Shown: positions 1-8,897, numbered from the stretch's first letter. The stretch is DNA of 64,000 bases from Candidatus Curtissbacteria bacterium (GCA_016183325.1 JACPEV010000008.1:472-64471); one strand, 5' to 3'. Made by a program: numbers and translations. Notes: generated by a model not told the origin, from the sequence alone.

Positions 1-199
1 AAAGACTATTTGGGGAAGATGGCAGGGCCTACAGATTCCCGACAAAATTACAATTTACAAAGGACCGATCGAGTTTTTGGCAAGAGGAGATAGGAAGAAA
101 ATTCGAAAACTGATTATTGACACAGTAGTGCATGAAATCGCCCATCACTTCGGAATTTCCGACAGAAGAATCGGAGAAATTGAAAGAAAGACTAAATAG
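1..199 (+). CDS. Zincin-like metallopeptidase (DUF1025/Zincin_1), 5'-truncated by window edge
   Basis: Frame from nt 2 reads ...IPDKITIYKGPIE...DTVVHEIAHHFGISD...* (HExxH zincin motif); not in the supplied ORF track. Confidence 0.85.
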   Translation, partial: KTIWGRWQGLQIPDKITIYKGPIEFLARGDRKKIRKLIIDTVVHEIAHHFGISDRRIGEIERKTK

Positions 200-204
200 C
201 AGTC

Positions 205-318
205 TATAATTGTTCAAGAGTACCACGGGTTTTTACCCGTGGGTGAATTGAATAATTACGTACTCGCCGAAGGCGTAGCCTGAGGATACCACGACTGTAA
301 AGTCGTGGTAGTTCATTT
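205..318 (+). mobile_element. Non-autonomous IS200/IS605-like palindromic element (PATE/MITE), copy 1
   Basis: Two hairpins (CCACGGGT-TTTT-ACCCGTGG; CCACGACT-GTAA-AGTCGTGG) ending GTAGTTCA; about 109/114 identical to the inverted copy at 13436-13549. Confidence 0.7.
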
Positions 319-618
319 TGTTTCAGAGATCAGCCAGTTAAGATAAGTCTCGCTGACTTTTGAGGATTTGATCGCAACAACTTCTGGAACTTCATAACCT
401 GAATGTTCTTGGATTATTTCTTTGATTTTTTCGAAATTAGAATCTTTCGTTTTCAAAATTATTAAAACTTCGTTGCTTTTTTCAATTTTCCCTTTCCACA
501 AGTAAGCTGATTTAACGGGGAACAAATTGTAACAGGCAATAAGACGTTCTTTTAACAACAGATCGCCGATTTTTCTAGCTGTTACCAATTTGTGGAAGGT
601 GGTAAAAATCAAAATCAT
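313..618 (-). CDS. cutA: Divalent cation tolerance protein CutA
   Basis: LIACYN..SAYLWKGKIE...E.LI.LKT...HSGYEVPEVVA signature. Confidence 0.9.
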   Translation of the reverse strand: MILIFTTFHKLVTARKIGDLLLKERLIACYNLFPVKSAYLWKGKIEKSNEVLIILKTKDSNFEKIKEIIQEHSGYEVPEVVAIKSSKVSETYLNWLISETK

Positions 619-662
619 TTCATTTATTTCCTATTCTTTCAATTTTATGTACATTTTAAATC

Positions 663-697
663 ATCACATTTTACGACATGTCGAATTTTGTGATGGT
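663..697. repeat. 35-bp palindromic direct repeat flanking PaaX-like gene (copy downstream of gene)
   Basis: ATCACATTTTACGACATGTCGAATTTTGTGATGGT; 30/35 match to 1307-1341. Confidence 0.8.
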
Positions 698-698
698 A

Positions 699-1295
699 TT
701 AAATTCCAAAATATTTTCTGTAAGCAGTTTCGTTCTCTAAACTCCCAACTGTTAATATTTGAACTTCATTTCCAATAGCAAACAATTGTCTTAGATATTC
801 TATTTCATCTTCACATTTAAATGGTGTTAAATAAACGCTCTTTTGAAGCTTTAGCAAATTTAATTTTTTAATTGATATCCTAAATAATTCACTATTTGCC
901 TTTTTTGACTTTACAATATCGTATATTACAAGTCTCCATTTGCCGTCCCATTTTGATTCGTCCAGTTCCATTTCTTCGATCTTGTATCTGAGCAATTTCC
1001 TCTTGCCTTTTTCGGTGATTTTGATAAGCGGATTTCCATTTTCCTCTTTGATCTCAACTAGTTTTGCCTGTTGCATTCTCTTGATGACTTGCCGCAGCCT
1101 CCACAAGTTAAACTTTTCCCATTCCTTTTGTCTCTTTTGCAGCTCTGATTCTCTTTTGGCATCAATAAGGGGTTTGGCAGCCAAAGGCAAACCAGGAAAA
1201 ATAATGCTTCCAACAAGAAAGGTTCCGGCACCGAGAAGTATTAGAACTTCTTTAACCTTCGGATCAATTTTTGGTATTTCTACTATTTTAGGCAC
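699..1295 (-). CDS. CPR-type PaaX-like regulator (winged helix plus Cas2-like C-terminal domain)
   Basis: ITEKGK wing, WDGKWRLVIYDI, LQKSVY motifs. Confidence 0.8.
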   Translation of the reverse strand: MPKIVEIPKIDPKVKEVLILLGAGTFLVGSIIFPGLPLAAKPLIDAKRESELQKRQKEWEKFNLWRLRQVIKRMQQAKLVEIKEENGNPLIKITEKGKRKLLRYKIEEMELDESKWDGKWRLVIYDIVKSKKANSELFRISIKKLNLLKLQKSVYLTPFKCEDEIEYLRQLFAIGNEVQILTVGSLENETAYRKYFGI

Positions 1296-1306
1296 GGTTT
1301 TATATT

Positions 1307-1341
1307 ATCACATTTTATGACATGTCAAAAAATGTGATGGT
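1307..1341. promoter_or_regulatory. Palindromic operator-like repeat overlapping the promoter of the PaaX-like gene
   Basis: ATCACATTTTATGACATGTCAAAAAATGTGAT near-perfect palindrome containing TTGACA on the minus strand, 11 nt upstream of the GTG start. Confidence 0.7.
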
Positions 1342-1387
1342 TATGCTATAGGGTGCCATTAAGAAACTGTTCTGTTTTAGCTGACAG

Positions 1388-2251
1388 TCATGAGCTGAAG
1401 ACGGAAAGAAGAACGATACCGATTAAAGTAACAATAATGCCTACGATTTGTTGTTTGGTGATCTTGTCTTTGAAAACAAAGAATGCTAATACAACAAATA
1501 AAGTAGGGTATGAGCCGGCAATAGGAGCAATTATCGAAACTAGGCCTTTTTCAATAGCTACATTATAGGTAAAATCCCCCACTCCAACAAGTATAGCAGC
1601 ACCTAATGTTGGAATAAGAGATTGTTTGAGTAGTTTCTTTGAGATTTGAAATTCTCTAAATTTCCAAAATAGCAAGATTAACGGGGTCAGCATTAGGGGA
1701 ATGTACGAAGGCCAAAACCAGCCGATTTCTCGGACGGGAATTTTTACAAATGTGATATATATTGCCCAACACAGCATAGCAATAATTGCAAAAGTAATTC
1801 CACGATCGATGGTTACTCTTCTATTTATGATTTCTTTAAGATTTAAAAGTGAAAAAGTTAAACCAGTAAAAATAATTAAAATTGCCAGAATTTGATTAGA
1901 AGTAATCTTTTCTTTTAGAAAAATTATTGAAAGGAGTACCACTAAAGCTGGAAAAGAGCCAGCAATACTACCAACTAAGGGTGCGTTACCGACTCTTAAC
2001 CCTTCAAAAAAGGCGAGAAAACCTATGATGAGAATAAAACCAATTACTATGTTTAAGATTAAAAGCCCTAAAGTGATATTTTGAAGTTCGTTCAACTGGG
2101 TGAATCCATAAAAGCTGAATAGTACTAAACGGATTATCCGTGTCCAAAAAGTAGTCTGGACACCACCTATTTTTCTAGTAGAAATCGCTCCGAATATATC
2201 ACCTATCCCCAATCCAAAATAAGAAATAAAAGCAAAAAAGATCGCTGGCAT
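1388..2251 (-). CDS. DMT/EamA family transporter
   Basis: About 10 TM helices with two EamA repeats (IFLKEKI.., VFKDKIT..). Confidence 0.9.
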   Translation of the reverse strand: MPAIFFAFISYFGLGIGDIFGAISTRKIGGVQTTFWTRIIRLVLFSFYGFTQLNELQNITLGLLILNIVIGFILIIGFLAFFEGLRVGNAPLVGSIAGSFPALVVLLSIIFLKEKITSNQILAILIIFTGLTFSLLNLKEIINRRVTIDRGITFAIIAMLCWAIYITFVKIPVREIGWFWPSYIPLMLTPLILLFWKFREFQISKKLLKQSLIPTLGAAILVGVGDFTYNVAIEKGLVSIIAPIAGSYPTLFVVLAFFVFKDKITKQQIVGIIVTLIGIVLLSVFSS

Positions 2252-2276
2252 TTTTTGATTTTATCAGAATTTCAAT

Positions 2277-3572
2277 TTAAGTTTTGGAAAGGTTTGTAAA
2301 AATTCCTTTGAAGTAAAAGGTTGCTCCGACTAAAAGCGAAACTGCAGCACCAAGGCCAATAGAAAAAAGGGCAGAAGTGTAGTGCGCTACTGTTCCGGCG
2401 AGAGCATTGCCTAAAGGCATCATGCCGATGAACATCGTTAAGTAAACCGCCATGATTCTGGCGCGCATTTGATCAGGGGATGCAAGCTGGACGAGGGTAT
2501 TAACAGTTGAAACCTGGGTTAACATTCCAAACCCGGAAAAAAATAACAGGACGTGGGCAAGCGCAAAATTTCTGTTAACGGAAAAGAGGATAAGACTGAT
2601 TGTTGAAATCAGGATGCCTACCATAACAAACGATATTTTATTTTCCTTTCTTGAATTTGCGGAAACAAAGACTGCTCCCATAAGACTGCCGGCACCGGTT
2701 GCGGCCAATAATGATCCAAGACCCGAAGGTCCTGAAGAAAATACTTTCTCGGCGACAGGCGGCATTAATGTTTGGTAAGGCCAGACGAAAACAGCGGAAA
2801 CAAATCCTAGAATTATGAAATATAGAATTTTAGGGTGAGTAAATGCATATTTTATTCCTTCTTTTAAGGAATCCATTGGGCTGTTAGCGTGGTCGGGTGA
2901 AAAACTATAAATCGGCCTAATTTTTATGATAGCCCAGATGCCCGCAATGAAACTCAGGCCGTTTAGAATAAACGGCCAGCCGACACCAAAAGATACGATC
3001 AGTGCTCCGGCAATAGCAGGGCCAATGAAGCGAGCGGCATTAAAAAGACCGTTATTGATTGGAATTGCGGAGGCAAGATCGCGTTTGCCGACCATTTCGA
3101 CTATGAACGTTAATCTTGCCGGTAAGTCGATCGCGGCAATCGTGCCGCTTATGAAAAATAAGAGCAAAACAAGCTCAAGGTTTGCTTTTTCAAATAGGAC
3201 TAAGACGCCTAAGGTGATGGCCACTACAGCTTCCGCAACTTGTGTCCAAATCAATAGCTTTCGCTTGTCAACTTTGTCGACAAATACTCCAACGAAAGTC
3301 GTAAAAAACAAAAATGGAAGTCCGCCTACTGCCGCCGCGGCCCCGACCCAAAAGACGGAGTTGGTCAGCAAAAAAACAAGCCAGCCGATAGCAACTTGCT
3401 GGAGCCAAAAACCGATTAAGGAAATGGCTTGGCCAAATACATAGAGCTGAAAATTCCTGTGGGCAAGCGCAGGGAATATAGAGATAATTTTTCCAGGGAG
3501 CTGTACTGGCGCCGTACCTGAAGTAAGAGCTATTTCTATATCTTCTTCAATTAGTTGATTTTCTTTTTCCAT
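2277..3572 (-). CDS. MFS transporter (MFS_3/DUF894-like)
   Basis: ALAHRNFQLY..GQAISLIG.W, GVFVDKVDKRK motif A, D.PAR, ARFIGPAIAG. Confidence 0.9.
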   Translation of the reverse strand: MEKENQLIEEDIEIALTSGTAPVQLPGKIISIFPALAHRNFQLYVFGQAISLIGFWLQQVAIGWLVFLLTNSVFWVGAAAAVGGLPFLFFTTFVGVFVDKVDKRKLLIWTQVAEAVVAITLGVLVLFEKANLELVLLLFFISGTIAAIDLPARLTFIVEMVGKRDLASAIPINNGLFNAARFIGPAIAGALIVSFGVGWPFILNGLSFIAGIWAIIKIRPIYSFSPDHANSPMDSLKEGIKYAFTHPKILYFIILGFVSAVFVWPYQTLMPPVAEKVFSSGPSGLGSLLAATGAGSLMGAVFVSANSRKENKISFVMVGILISTISLILFSVNRNFALAHVLLFFSGFGMLTQVSTVNTLVQLASPDQMRARIMAVYLTMFIGMMPLGNALAGTVAHYTSALFSIGLGAAVSLLVGATFYFKGIFTNLSKT

Positions 3573-3696
3573 TCTTTATTAGTCTTTCATTTTAACCTAT
3601 TTTATATCTGACTTTTGAATGGTATATTCTAAAATGGCACGAAAGTCCTCCTTCTCCGGCTTCGCCGGATTCGGAGGGTAAAGGAGGCGAATTTTA

Positions 3697-4116
3697 ATGC
3701 TACCATTTGAATCAAATTTTGTAGCCATTATAGTTGCTGCTGTTGCGAATATGGGTTTGGGCGCTTTTTGGTATTCGATGAGCGGACTGGGCAAAACTTG
3801 GATGAAACTTTCCGGCATTTCCAAAGAAGATATTGAAAAAGCTAAAAAAGCCGGTATGACCCAATCATATGTAATAGCCTCAGTAGGTTCACTGGTTATG
3901 GCTTATGTTTTGGGCGTCTTAACCTATTACCTTGGAGCCATGACTTTAATGGGCGGAATGAAAGTTGGAATTTTAGCCTGGCTTGGTTTTATTGCGCCGG
4001 CGATGCTGGGATCAGTTCTCTGGGAAAATAAGTCGTGGAATCTTTACGCAATTAACGCCGGGTATTATCTTGTGTCGCTATCAATTATGGGCGCGATTTT
4101 GGCTCTTTGGAAATAA
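3697..4116 (+). CDS. DUF1761 family membrane protein
   Basis: LGAFWYS..LGK.WM, INAGY motifs; 4 TM; GGAGG RBS. Confidence 0.85.
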   Translation: MLPFESNFVAIIVAAVANMGLGAFWYSMSGLGKTWMKLSGISKEDIEKAKKAGMTQSYVIASVGSLVMAYVLGVLTYYLGAMTLMGGMKVGILAWLGFIAPAMLGSVLWENKSWNLYAINAGYYLVSLSIMGAILALWK

Positions 4117-4128
4117 TTTTAATTTCTT

Positions 4129-4320
4129 TCACCAACCGAGAGCTTTTACGACCTCATCAGCAGAGTTGTAAGATCCTGCCGGCAAATTCTCTGAGAATTC
4201 TTTTTTATCTTCTTCTGAAAAATCAGAAAGGCCGTCGCACTCTTTAACTAAATCAGCTTTTGAAGCCGGATAGCTTTGATGATTTTTAAGATGGTCAATG
4301 GCACCTGATTTGTTTTGCAT
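4129..4320 (-). CDS. Small DUF2795-like protein
   Basis: YPASKADLV...LP..SYNSADEV.KAL pattern; AGGAGGTGA RBS. Confidence 0.6.
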   Translation of the reverse strand: MQNKSGAIDHLKNHQSYPASKADLVKECDGLSDFSEEDKKEFSENLPAGSYNSADEVVKALGW

Positions 4321-4430
4321 GTTTATTCACCTCCTTTACTTTAAGGGCAAACCTGACGGTTTTCCCTTAATATTCCCTTTCCCTACATGGAGTAAATTTT
4401 ACTGGCACAGCCAGATAAAATTTACATATT

Positions 4431-4814
4431 TTAGTTTGCGCGGACCTGGACTAGTTGGAAATAGTTGCCGTCTATATCCTCAAAGGTTGAAATCCAGCCA
4501 TAACCCTCTACGTGATAAGTATCCTGAATTTGTTTTACTTTTGCTTTCTTAAGTCTGGCCGCTTCCTTTTTAATATTATCCACTTCTAAATTGAAGATTA
4601 TTCTATCCGGGTTTTTATTTTTGCCTTTGACTTTTGAATGATCAATAACATAAATGCTGGGTCCTTTACCGAGTTTCAACTCGTAAAGTTCCTCGCCTTT
4701 TTCACCCATTACTCCCTCAAAATTAATTTCCAAACCGACTTTTTCCATATAAAAGGTTGCGAGTTTTTTGGCACTTTCGCTGAAGAGATTGATGCTTTCT
4801 AGGCTTGTGATCAT
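4431..4814 (-). CDS. VOC/glyoxalase family protein
   Basis: FY.EKVGL, FNLEVDNI, FEDIDGNYFQL; ATG at 4814 follows AGGAGGTGA. Confidence 0.88.
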   Translation of the reverse strand: MITSLESINLFSESAKKLATFYMEKVGLEINFEGVMGEKGEELYELKLGKGPSIYVIDHSKVKGKNKNPDRIIFNLEVDNIKKEAARLKKAKVKQIQDTYHVEGYGWISTFEDIDGNYFQLVQVRAN

Positions 4815-4907
4815 AAAATTTATCACCTCCTTCTATACTTACCGTGGATTCACAGTTTAACTCTAAGGTCGCCAAAATTCAATTGGGATTTTTTTAAGCA
4901 TTCCCTT

Positions 4908-4956
4908 AAAGGTCCGACCTTTTGCAGCTTCAGCTTTTTTTCAAGGTCGGACCTTT
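4908..4956. repeat. REP-like inverted pair AAAGGTCCGACCTTT / AAGGTCGGACCTTT
   Basis: Two imperfect palindromes in inverted arrangement in an intergenic region. Confidence 0.7.
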
Positions 4957-5053
4957 TAAAAATAAGACATTCATTGACAAATTAATAATATAGAGAATAA
5001 TGTATGTGAGAAGAAAAGTTTTATTTCATAAAAGAAAAGTTTTATTTCATAAA

Positions 5054-5467
5054 ATGGAAAAAATTGTTCAGCTTTTGGCAGACCCGAAAATTAAGATTAT
5101 TTTGATAGCCGGCCTTATTATTATTTCCTCAATCATTTATTTTGGAGTCAAAAATCCCCAAATTGAAAATGCGACGGTTGTTAGTCAAACTTCTTCCCCG
5201 TCACCACAGACACCGGCCCCTGAAATTGATGCGGAAATTTTGAAAAACGCCCTGAATCTTTATATTGACAAAAGAGCGGAGAGTATAGACTTGAAAGATG
5301 GTCCATGTCTGGGCAAAATCGCAGAAGATTGGGTTTTGGACATTGCACACAGACCCCGAACTGCCGTTGATGATCTTCCGGAAAATCAGTGCGCGGACTT
5401 TCGCGAAGGCCGCGCTCATCACTTTATAGAACTTGACCCTGACGGACAATTAATCAGAAGCTTTTAA
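5054..5467 (+). CDS. Membrane-anchored hypothetical protein (CPR-type, GPCL...W.LDIAH.PR...NQC..HFIELD)
   Basis: N-terminal TM helix then Cys-containing domain; the extension to 5000 consists largely of a 21-bp tandem duplication. Confidence 0.75.
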   Translation: MEKIVQLLADPKIKIILIAGLIIISSIIYFGVKNPQIENATVVSQTSSPSPQTPAPEIDAEILKNALNLYIDKRAESIDLKDGPCLGKIAEDWVLDIAHRPRTAVDDLPENQCADFREGRAHHFIELDPDGQLIRSF

Positions 5468-5529
5468 TCCCACAATTTCTTTGTGGCCTTTATTTTGGCG
5501 GGGTTAGTGTTGCCAATGGCAATGATCAT
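5464..5529 (-). pseudogene. N-terminal remnant of YjjX-like inosine/xanthosine triphosphatase
   Basis: MIIAIGNTNPAKIKATKKLWD* matches the YjjX/DUF84 N-terminal G(S/N)TNPAKI motif, then stops. Confidence 0.6.
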
Positions 5530-5562
5530 AAAAACTTCACCTTTAGTTTATCAACAAAGATA

Positions 5563-5700
5563 GTAATTGCTCAGTCTCTTTGACAAAGTTTTATTGTTCG
5601 AGCGTAGCCAAGTCTGACTTGGCGTAGTCGAGAACTTCTCGGCTCCCGAGTCTGACTCGGTCGCTCGAAGAATATTGTGTCAAGGACTCTGAGTAGTTAC
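5563..5700. mobile_element. MITE-like palindromic element (family A)
   Basis: Imperfect 23-bp TIRs GTAATTGCTCAG..TTGACA / TGTCAA..CTGAGTAGTTAC, nested hairpins; relative at 33339-33452. Confidence 0.65.
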
Positions 5701-5709
5701 AGATTTAGT

Positions 5710-5737
5710 GCGTCGCACAATCAATGCAGTGCGACAT
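5710..5737. repeat. Palindromic site X (copy 1) preceding TA module
   Basis: GCGTCGCACAA-TCAATG-CAGTGCGACAT; related to sites at ~8384 and ~10174. Confidence 0.65.
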
Positions 5738-5754
5738 GATATAATACTAGTAAC

Positions 5755-6042
5755 ATGAAATTACCATTGACCATAAAGGTTTTCTATGAAGGGACCTCTA
5801 AAGACGCACCGTGGGTTTCTTTTAATCCCGAATTTAAAGTTGCATCTTGTGGACCTACACCTAAAAAGGCCGAAGCAAATTTAAAAGAGGCCGTTAGAGG
5901 AGTTTTGAAAACTTGTGAAGACATTGGTACCTTGGAGGATGTTTTGAATGACGCGGGATTTTTAATGGAGGATAAGAAAGTTAAACTAACAAAGGCTACG
6001 GCAAAAATTGAAAACGTCGAAGTTGCCATTCCTGTTCTTTAA
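5755..6042 (+). CDS. hicB: HicB-like antitoxin
   Basis: PEF.VASCG.T..KA.ANLKEAV motif, upstream of HicA. Confidence 0.8.
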   Translation: MKLPLTIKVFYEGTSKDAPWVSFNPEFKVASCGPTPKKAEANLKEAVRGVLKTCEDIGTLEDVLNDAGFLMEDKKVKLTKATAKIENVEVAIPVL

Positions 6043-6057
6043 TTTTGGAATCTTCTT

Positions 6058-6288
6058 GTGTCTCGCATCATACCAATCCACTACCGCAAATTAGTTAAAG
6101 TTTTCGAGAAGGATGGCTGGAAATTCCATAACCAGACAGGTAGTCACATTCATTTCGTAAAGTCGGGGTTCGAAAGACCTGTGACGATCCCAACATACAA
6201 ATTAGTCCCTGTTTTTATAATTAAGAACAATATGGAAACTGCAAAAATGTCAAGACAGCGATACTTGGAACTTTTACAAAAAGTTTAG
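6058..6288 (+). CDS. hicA: HicA mRNA interferase toxin
   Basis: LVKVFEKDGW...QTGSHI.F...VTIP motif. Confidence 0.88.
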   Translation: MSRIIPIHYRKLVKVFEKDGWKFHNQTGSHIHFVKSGFERPVTIPTYKLVPVFIIKNNMETAKMSRQRYLELLQKV

Positions 6289-6289
6289 A

Positions 6290-6337
6290 CTAGCGGATTT
6301 GACGAAAGAAAATGGGAATTACTAAGTAGTCTTCGTC
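6290..6337 (-). pseudogene. Degenerate copy of the ftsZ 3' end
   Basis: Reads DEDYLVIPIFFRQIR* versus native FtsZ DEDEFDIPTFLRQIR*. Confidence 0.7.
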
Positions 6338-6963
6338 TTTTGTGTTTCAGGCTCTATTTTTTTAATAGTTATAAAGCTTTTAAGTACAGTGTCGTACATG
6401 TCATGAAAGTTCATAAGTGAAATTACTAGAGAATACAGAATGCAAAAAATGAATATCGTGTAATTTATTTTTATATCCGTTGCAGGTAATTCTATTTTAG
6501 TTTGGTTAAAAATTAAATCATTAATTATAAGCGAAATCGATAGAGCGAAGAATATGTTTGACCAGAAAGCAAATCTTGCAGAGAAATACTCAGGTAATCT
6601 TTCTCGACCTACGCTTGCTAAGTAATTGTGCATTAGGTAAAAATTATTTACAGTATCACCTGGTTTCTTTCGATTAATTTTTTTTAACTCTGAAACTGCT
6701 GCATCATATAAATCTAAATCGCTAAACTTTATCCATAAAAATATGATTTTATTGAGGAAAATTTGTCTGAGAAGTTTAGTAAGAGACTGAAATATAAAAC
6801 CCATAAATAATCCAAACGCTATTAATAGAAGAATCTTAAGAGCATTACCAGCGGTAGCGCTTTCTATATTAATTATTTTTAAGTTTCTATCGTTAATGTA
6901 GAAAAAAAGCAGACCGGGAATTATATTATAGAAAAAACCAATCACTGAGTTTAGATTATCCAT
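6322..6963 (-). CDS. Hypothetical 4-TM membrane protein (AT-rich cargo)
   Basis: 213-aa ORF, FYNIIPG N-terminal motif, four hydrophobic segments. Confidence 0.75.
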   Translation of the reverse strand: MDNLNSVIGFFYNIIPGLLFFYINDRNLKIINIESATAGNALKILLLIAFGLFMGFIFQSLTKLLRQIFLNKIIFLWIKFSDLDLYDAAVSELKKINRKKPGDTVNNFYLMHNYLASVGRERLPEYFSARFAFWSNIFFALSISLIINDLIFNQTKIELPATDIKINYTIFIFCILYSLVISLMNFHDMYDTVLKSFITIKKIEPETQKTKTT

Positions 6964-6979
6964 TTTTTTTCTATAACTA

Positions 6980-7005
6980 TTACGTCCACTCCCGATGTGA
7001 ATTAG
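6980..7005. repeat. Direct repeat Z copy 1
   Basis: TTACGTCCACTCCCGATGTGAATTAG; second copy at 7737-7763. Confidence 0.75.
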
Positions 7006-7070
7006 GTTGACACATTTCAGCTACTCGTCGGTAGATTAGGTCTTATCCCTCTTCAAGAAATTGCTTTTTC

Positions 7071-7631
7071 TCAAGATGCTATTTCGCACTGCCTTACTTC
7101 AATAACACCTATTGTTTGTGTACCAACGACTCCACGGACCGTAACTGTTTGGCCATTTTTGAGTGGTAAGAGTTGGGTTTTATCTTCAACACGGCAACTG
7201 ATTTGGGTTAGTGAAAAGTCTTTCGTGGCTACATTATGGAATGATATCCCCGATTCTGTGATATTTGAGATTGTGGCCGAAAACTCGACAAACTTATCTT
7301 TCCACTTTACTTCGGCTGCTACCTGATTAGCGTCGAAGTCATCAGCCAGATCCCTTACGGCAATTTTCATCGGTGTTGGTTTAGGTAACTCTTGCTGTAC
7401 TTCACTTTTGGGTTGTTGAGTAGTTGAGGAAGTGGCTGTATCTTTCTTCTGACTGCTACTACCGGTCACAAATAACCCTACTACCGGTGGTATTACTACA
7501 AAAGCTAAAATTAGAGCCAATATCGGGTGTCGTGCTGGCCAGCTTCTAAGATCAGTTTGGCAATGAGGGCATTTTTTGGCCTTCGCATCAATTTCCGACT
7601 GGCAATCCTTACATTTTTTTGTTGCTTCCAT
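7071..7631 (-). CDS. Zinc-ribbon + TM + extracytoplasmic OB-fold (tRNA_anti-like) protein
   Basis: CKDC...CPHC, TM helix, L..DFDANQVAAE.KWKDK motif. Confidence 0.8.
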   Translation of the reverse strand: MEATKKCKDCQSEIDAKAKKCPHCQTDLRSWPARHPILALILAFVVIPPVVGLFVTGSSSQKKDTATSSTTQQPKSEVQQELPKPTPMKIAVRDLADDFDANQVAAEVKWKDKFVEFSATISNITESGISFHNVATKDFSLTQISCRVEDKTQLLPLKNGQTVTVRGVVGTQTIGVIEVRQCEIAS

Positions 7632-7736
7632 GTTTCACCTCCTTCGGCAGATTACCTCTTGGACAATATAGTAACTAATTTAGGCCGACATATCAATCAT
7701 TTTAGTACTTTTTATTGTCTTTGCGCTAATAGAATT

Positions 7737-7763
7737 TTACATCCACTCCCCGATGTGAATTAG
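7737..7763. repeat. Direct repeat Z copy 2
   Basis: TTACATCCACTCCCCGATGTGAATTAG. Confidence 0.75.
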
Positions 7764-7770
7764 CTTGGAA

Positions 7771-8331
7771 TCAGATCTGAATTTGAATTTGTGTCTGTGA
7801 TTTTAGAAGGCCAGAAGTGGCATTTCTTACTCTTGTAACCAAATCAGGTTCTTCCCCTCGATACTTTATTTCTATTGAAATTTTAGTTATTTCAATTGTT
7901 CCTTGCCTATCTTCTAACACCCACTCAGCTTTTTGAAGTTGGGCAACAACTCCTTCGTTTCCTCGATCAGCTCCCTCTTGGTTTATCTGCTCACGTAACA
8001 AAGGATCTCTTTCTCGATTGTATCTGTCCCGCCAATCTTGAGCCTTTTGCTCTCTTTCCTGCGCGTCTCTTAGGAGCTTTAAAATATCGGCCTTCGTTCC
8101 TCCTTCAAGCTTGAAGCCGCCAAATTGAAGGGGGTCGAAAGTTGCCCTACCTTGAATCCCGATACTTTCAAATACTCTCTCAAACGAGTTTCTGAATAGA
8201 TCAGCTTTGGCTTCACCGAATAAATATATCGTGACTCTTGTTGGCTCAGGAAGTACAGCAAGTACACGTTCAATGTTCTCGTGAGGGATCTCTGGAACAC
8301 TTCTTATGCTTCTAATTGCCTCTCTATCCAT
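7771..8331 (-). CDS. Hypothetical protein
   Basis: 186-aa ORF, charged and coiled-coil-like middle. Confidence 0.7.
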   Translation of the reverse strand: MDREAIRSIRSVPEIPHENIERVLAVLPEPTRVTIYLFGEAKADLFRNSFERVFESIGIQGRATFDPLQFGGFKLEGGTKADILKLLRDAQEREQKAQDWRDRYNRERDPLLREQINQEGADRGNEGVVAQLQKAEWVLEDRQGTIEITKISIEIKYRGEEPDLVTRVRNATSGLLKSQTQIQIQI

Positions 8332-8380
8332 TGTGAGGGAAAAATATCATGAATCATGCTTTTTGTCAAAAGAAAAACTG

Positions 8381-8520
8381 AAAGCGCCGCGCAATAGATA
8401 AACGCGACGTAAAATATTTAGCTTCAATTAGCCTCAATAATACAAAGGGGCAAAAATTGTCAATTTTAGAATTTAGCCCTTCCACTTTGCTCAGGATCTA
8501 TGATCTCGACTCCCCTGTCG
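8381..8520. repeat. Extended X element (copy 2)
   Basis: Collinear similarity to 10171-10312: GCGYCGCRCAAT palindrome, TTAGYYTC..TTAGCCTC tandem, TTTAGCCCTTC, CTCRACTCCCCTG. Confidence 0.7.
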
Positions 8521-8600
8521 ATACCATTCCAAAGTTTTATCTCATTCATTTGGACGTATATTGTTTGTGACAATTGAAGACTGGCTGGTATAATTAATCT

Positions 8601-8897
8601 ATGAAAACGAATGTTGAGCAAATTAAAGAGACTTTAGACCAAAACATGAAACTTCTTAGGGACAAATATGGTGTAAAACAACTCGGGGTGTTTGGCTCAG
8701 TCTCTCGCGGAGAAAATATTGAAACAAGTGATATTGATTTACTTGTTGAATTTTCAAAGCCAATCGGTCTTTTTAAATTTATCGAGCTAGAGGAATATCT
8801 TGGTGAACTTTTAGGTAATAAGGTCGATCTAGTCACAAAGGACGCCCTAAAACCAGCAATCAAAGAAGATGTTCTAAGGGAAGTGATTTATGTCTAA
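8601..8897 (+). CDS. MNT minimal nucleotidyltransferase antitoxin
   Basis: FGSVSRGE....SDIDLLVEF; KVDLV. Confidence 0.92.
   Translation: MKTNVEQIKETLDQNMKLLRDKYGVKQLGVFGSVSRGENIETSDIDLLVEFSKPIGLFKFIELEEYLGELLGNKVDLVTKDALKPAIKEDVLREVIYV

Noticed and set aside
29-226. Minus-strand 65-aa ORF and other short opposite-strand ORFs overlapping long genes
   Set aside because: They overlap well-supported genes on the other strand (here the zincin) and have no recognisable motifs.
663-1341. CRISPR-Cas locus (Cas2-like domain with ~35-bp repeats)
   Set aside because: Only two repeats separated by a whole gene, no spacers and no cas1 or effector genes.
5000-5053. N-terminal RKVLFHK repeat as a protein feature
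   Set aside because: It results from an exact 21-bp tandem duplication upstream of the more plausible ATG at 5054, and could be an assembly or slippage artefact.
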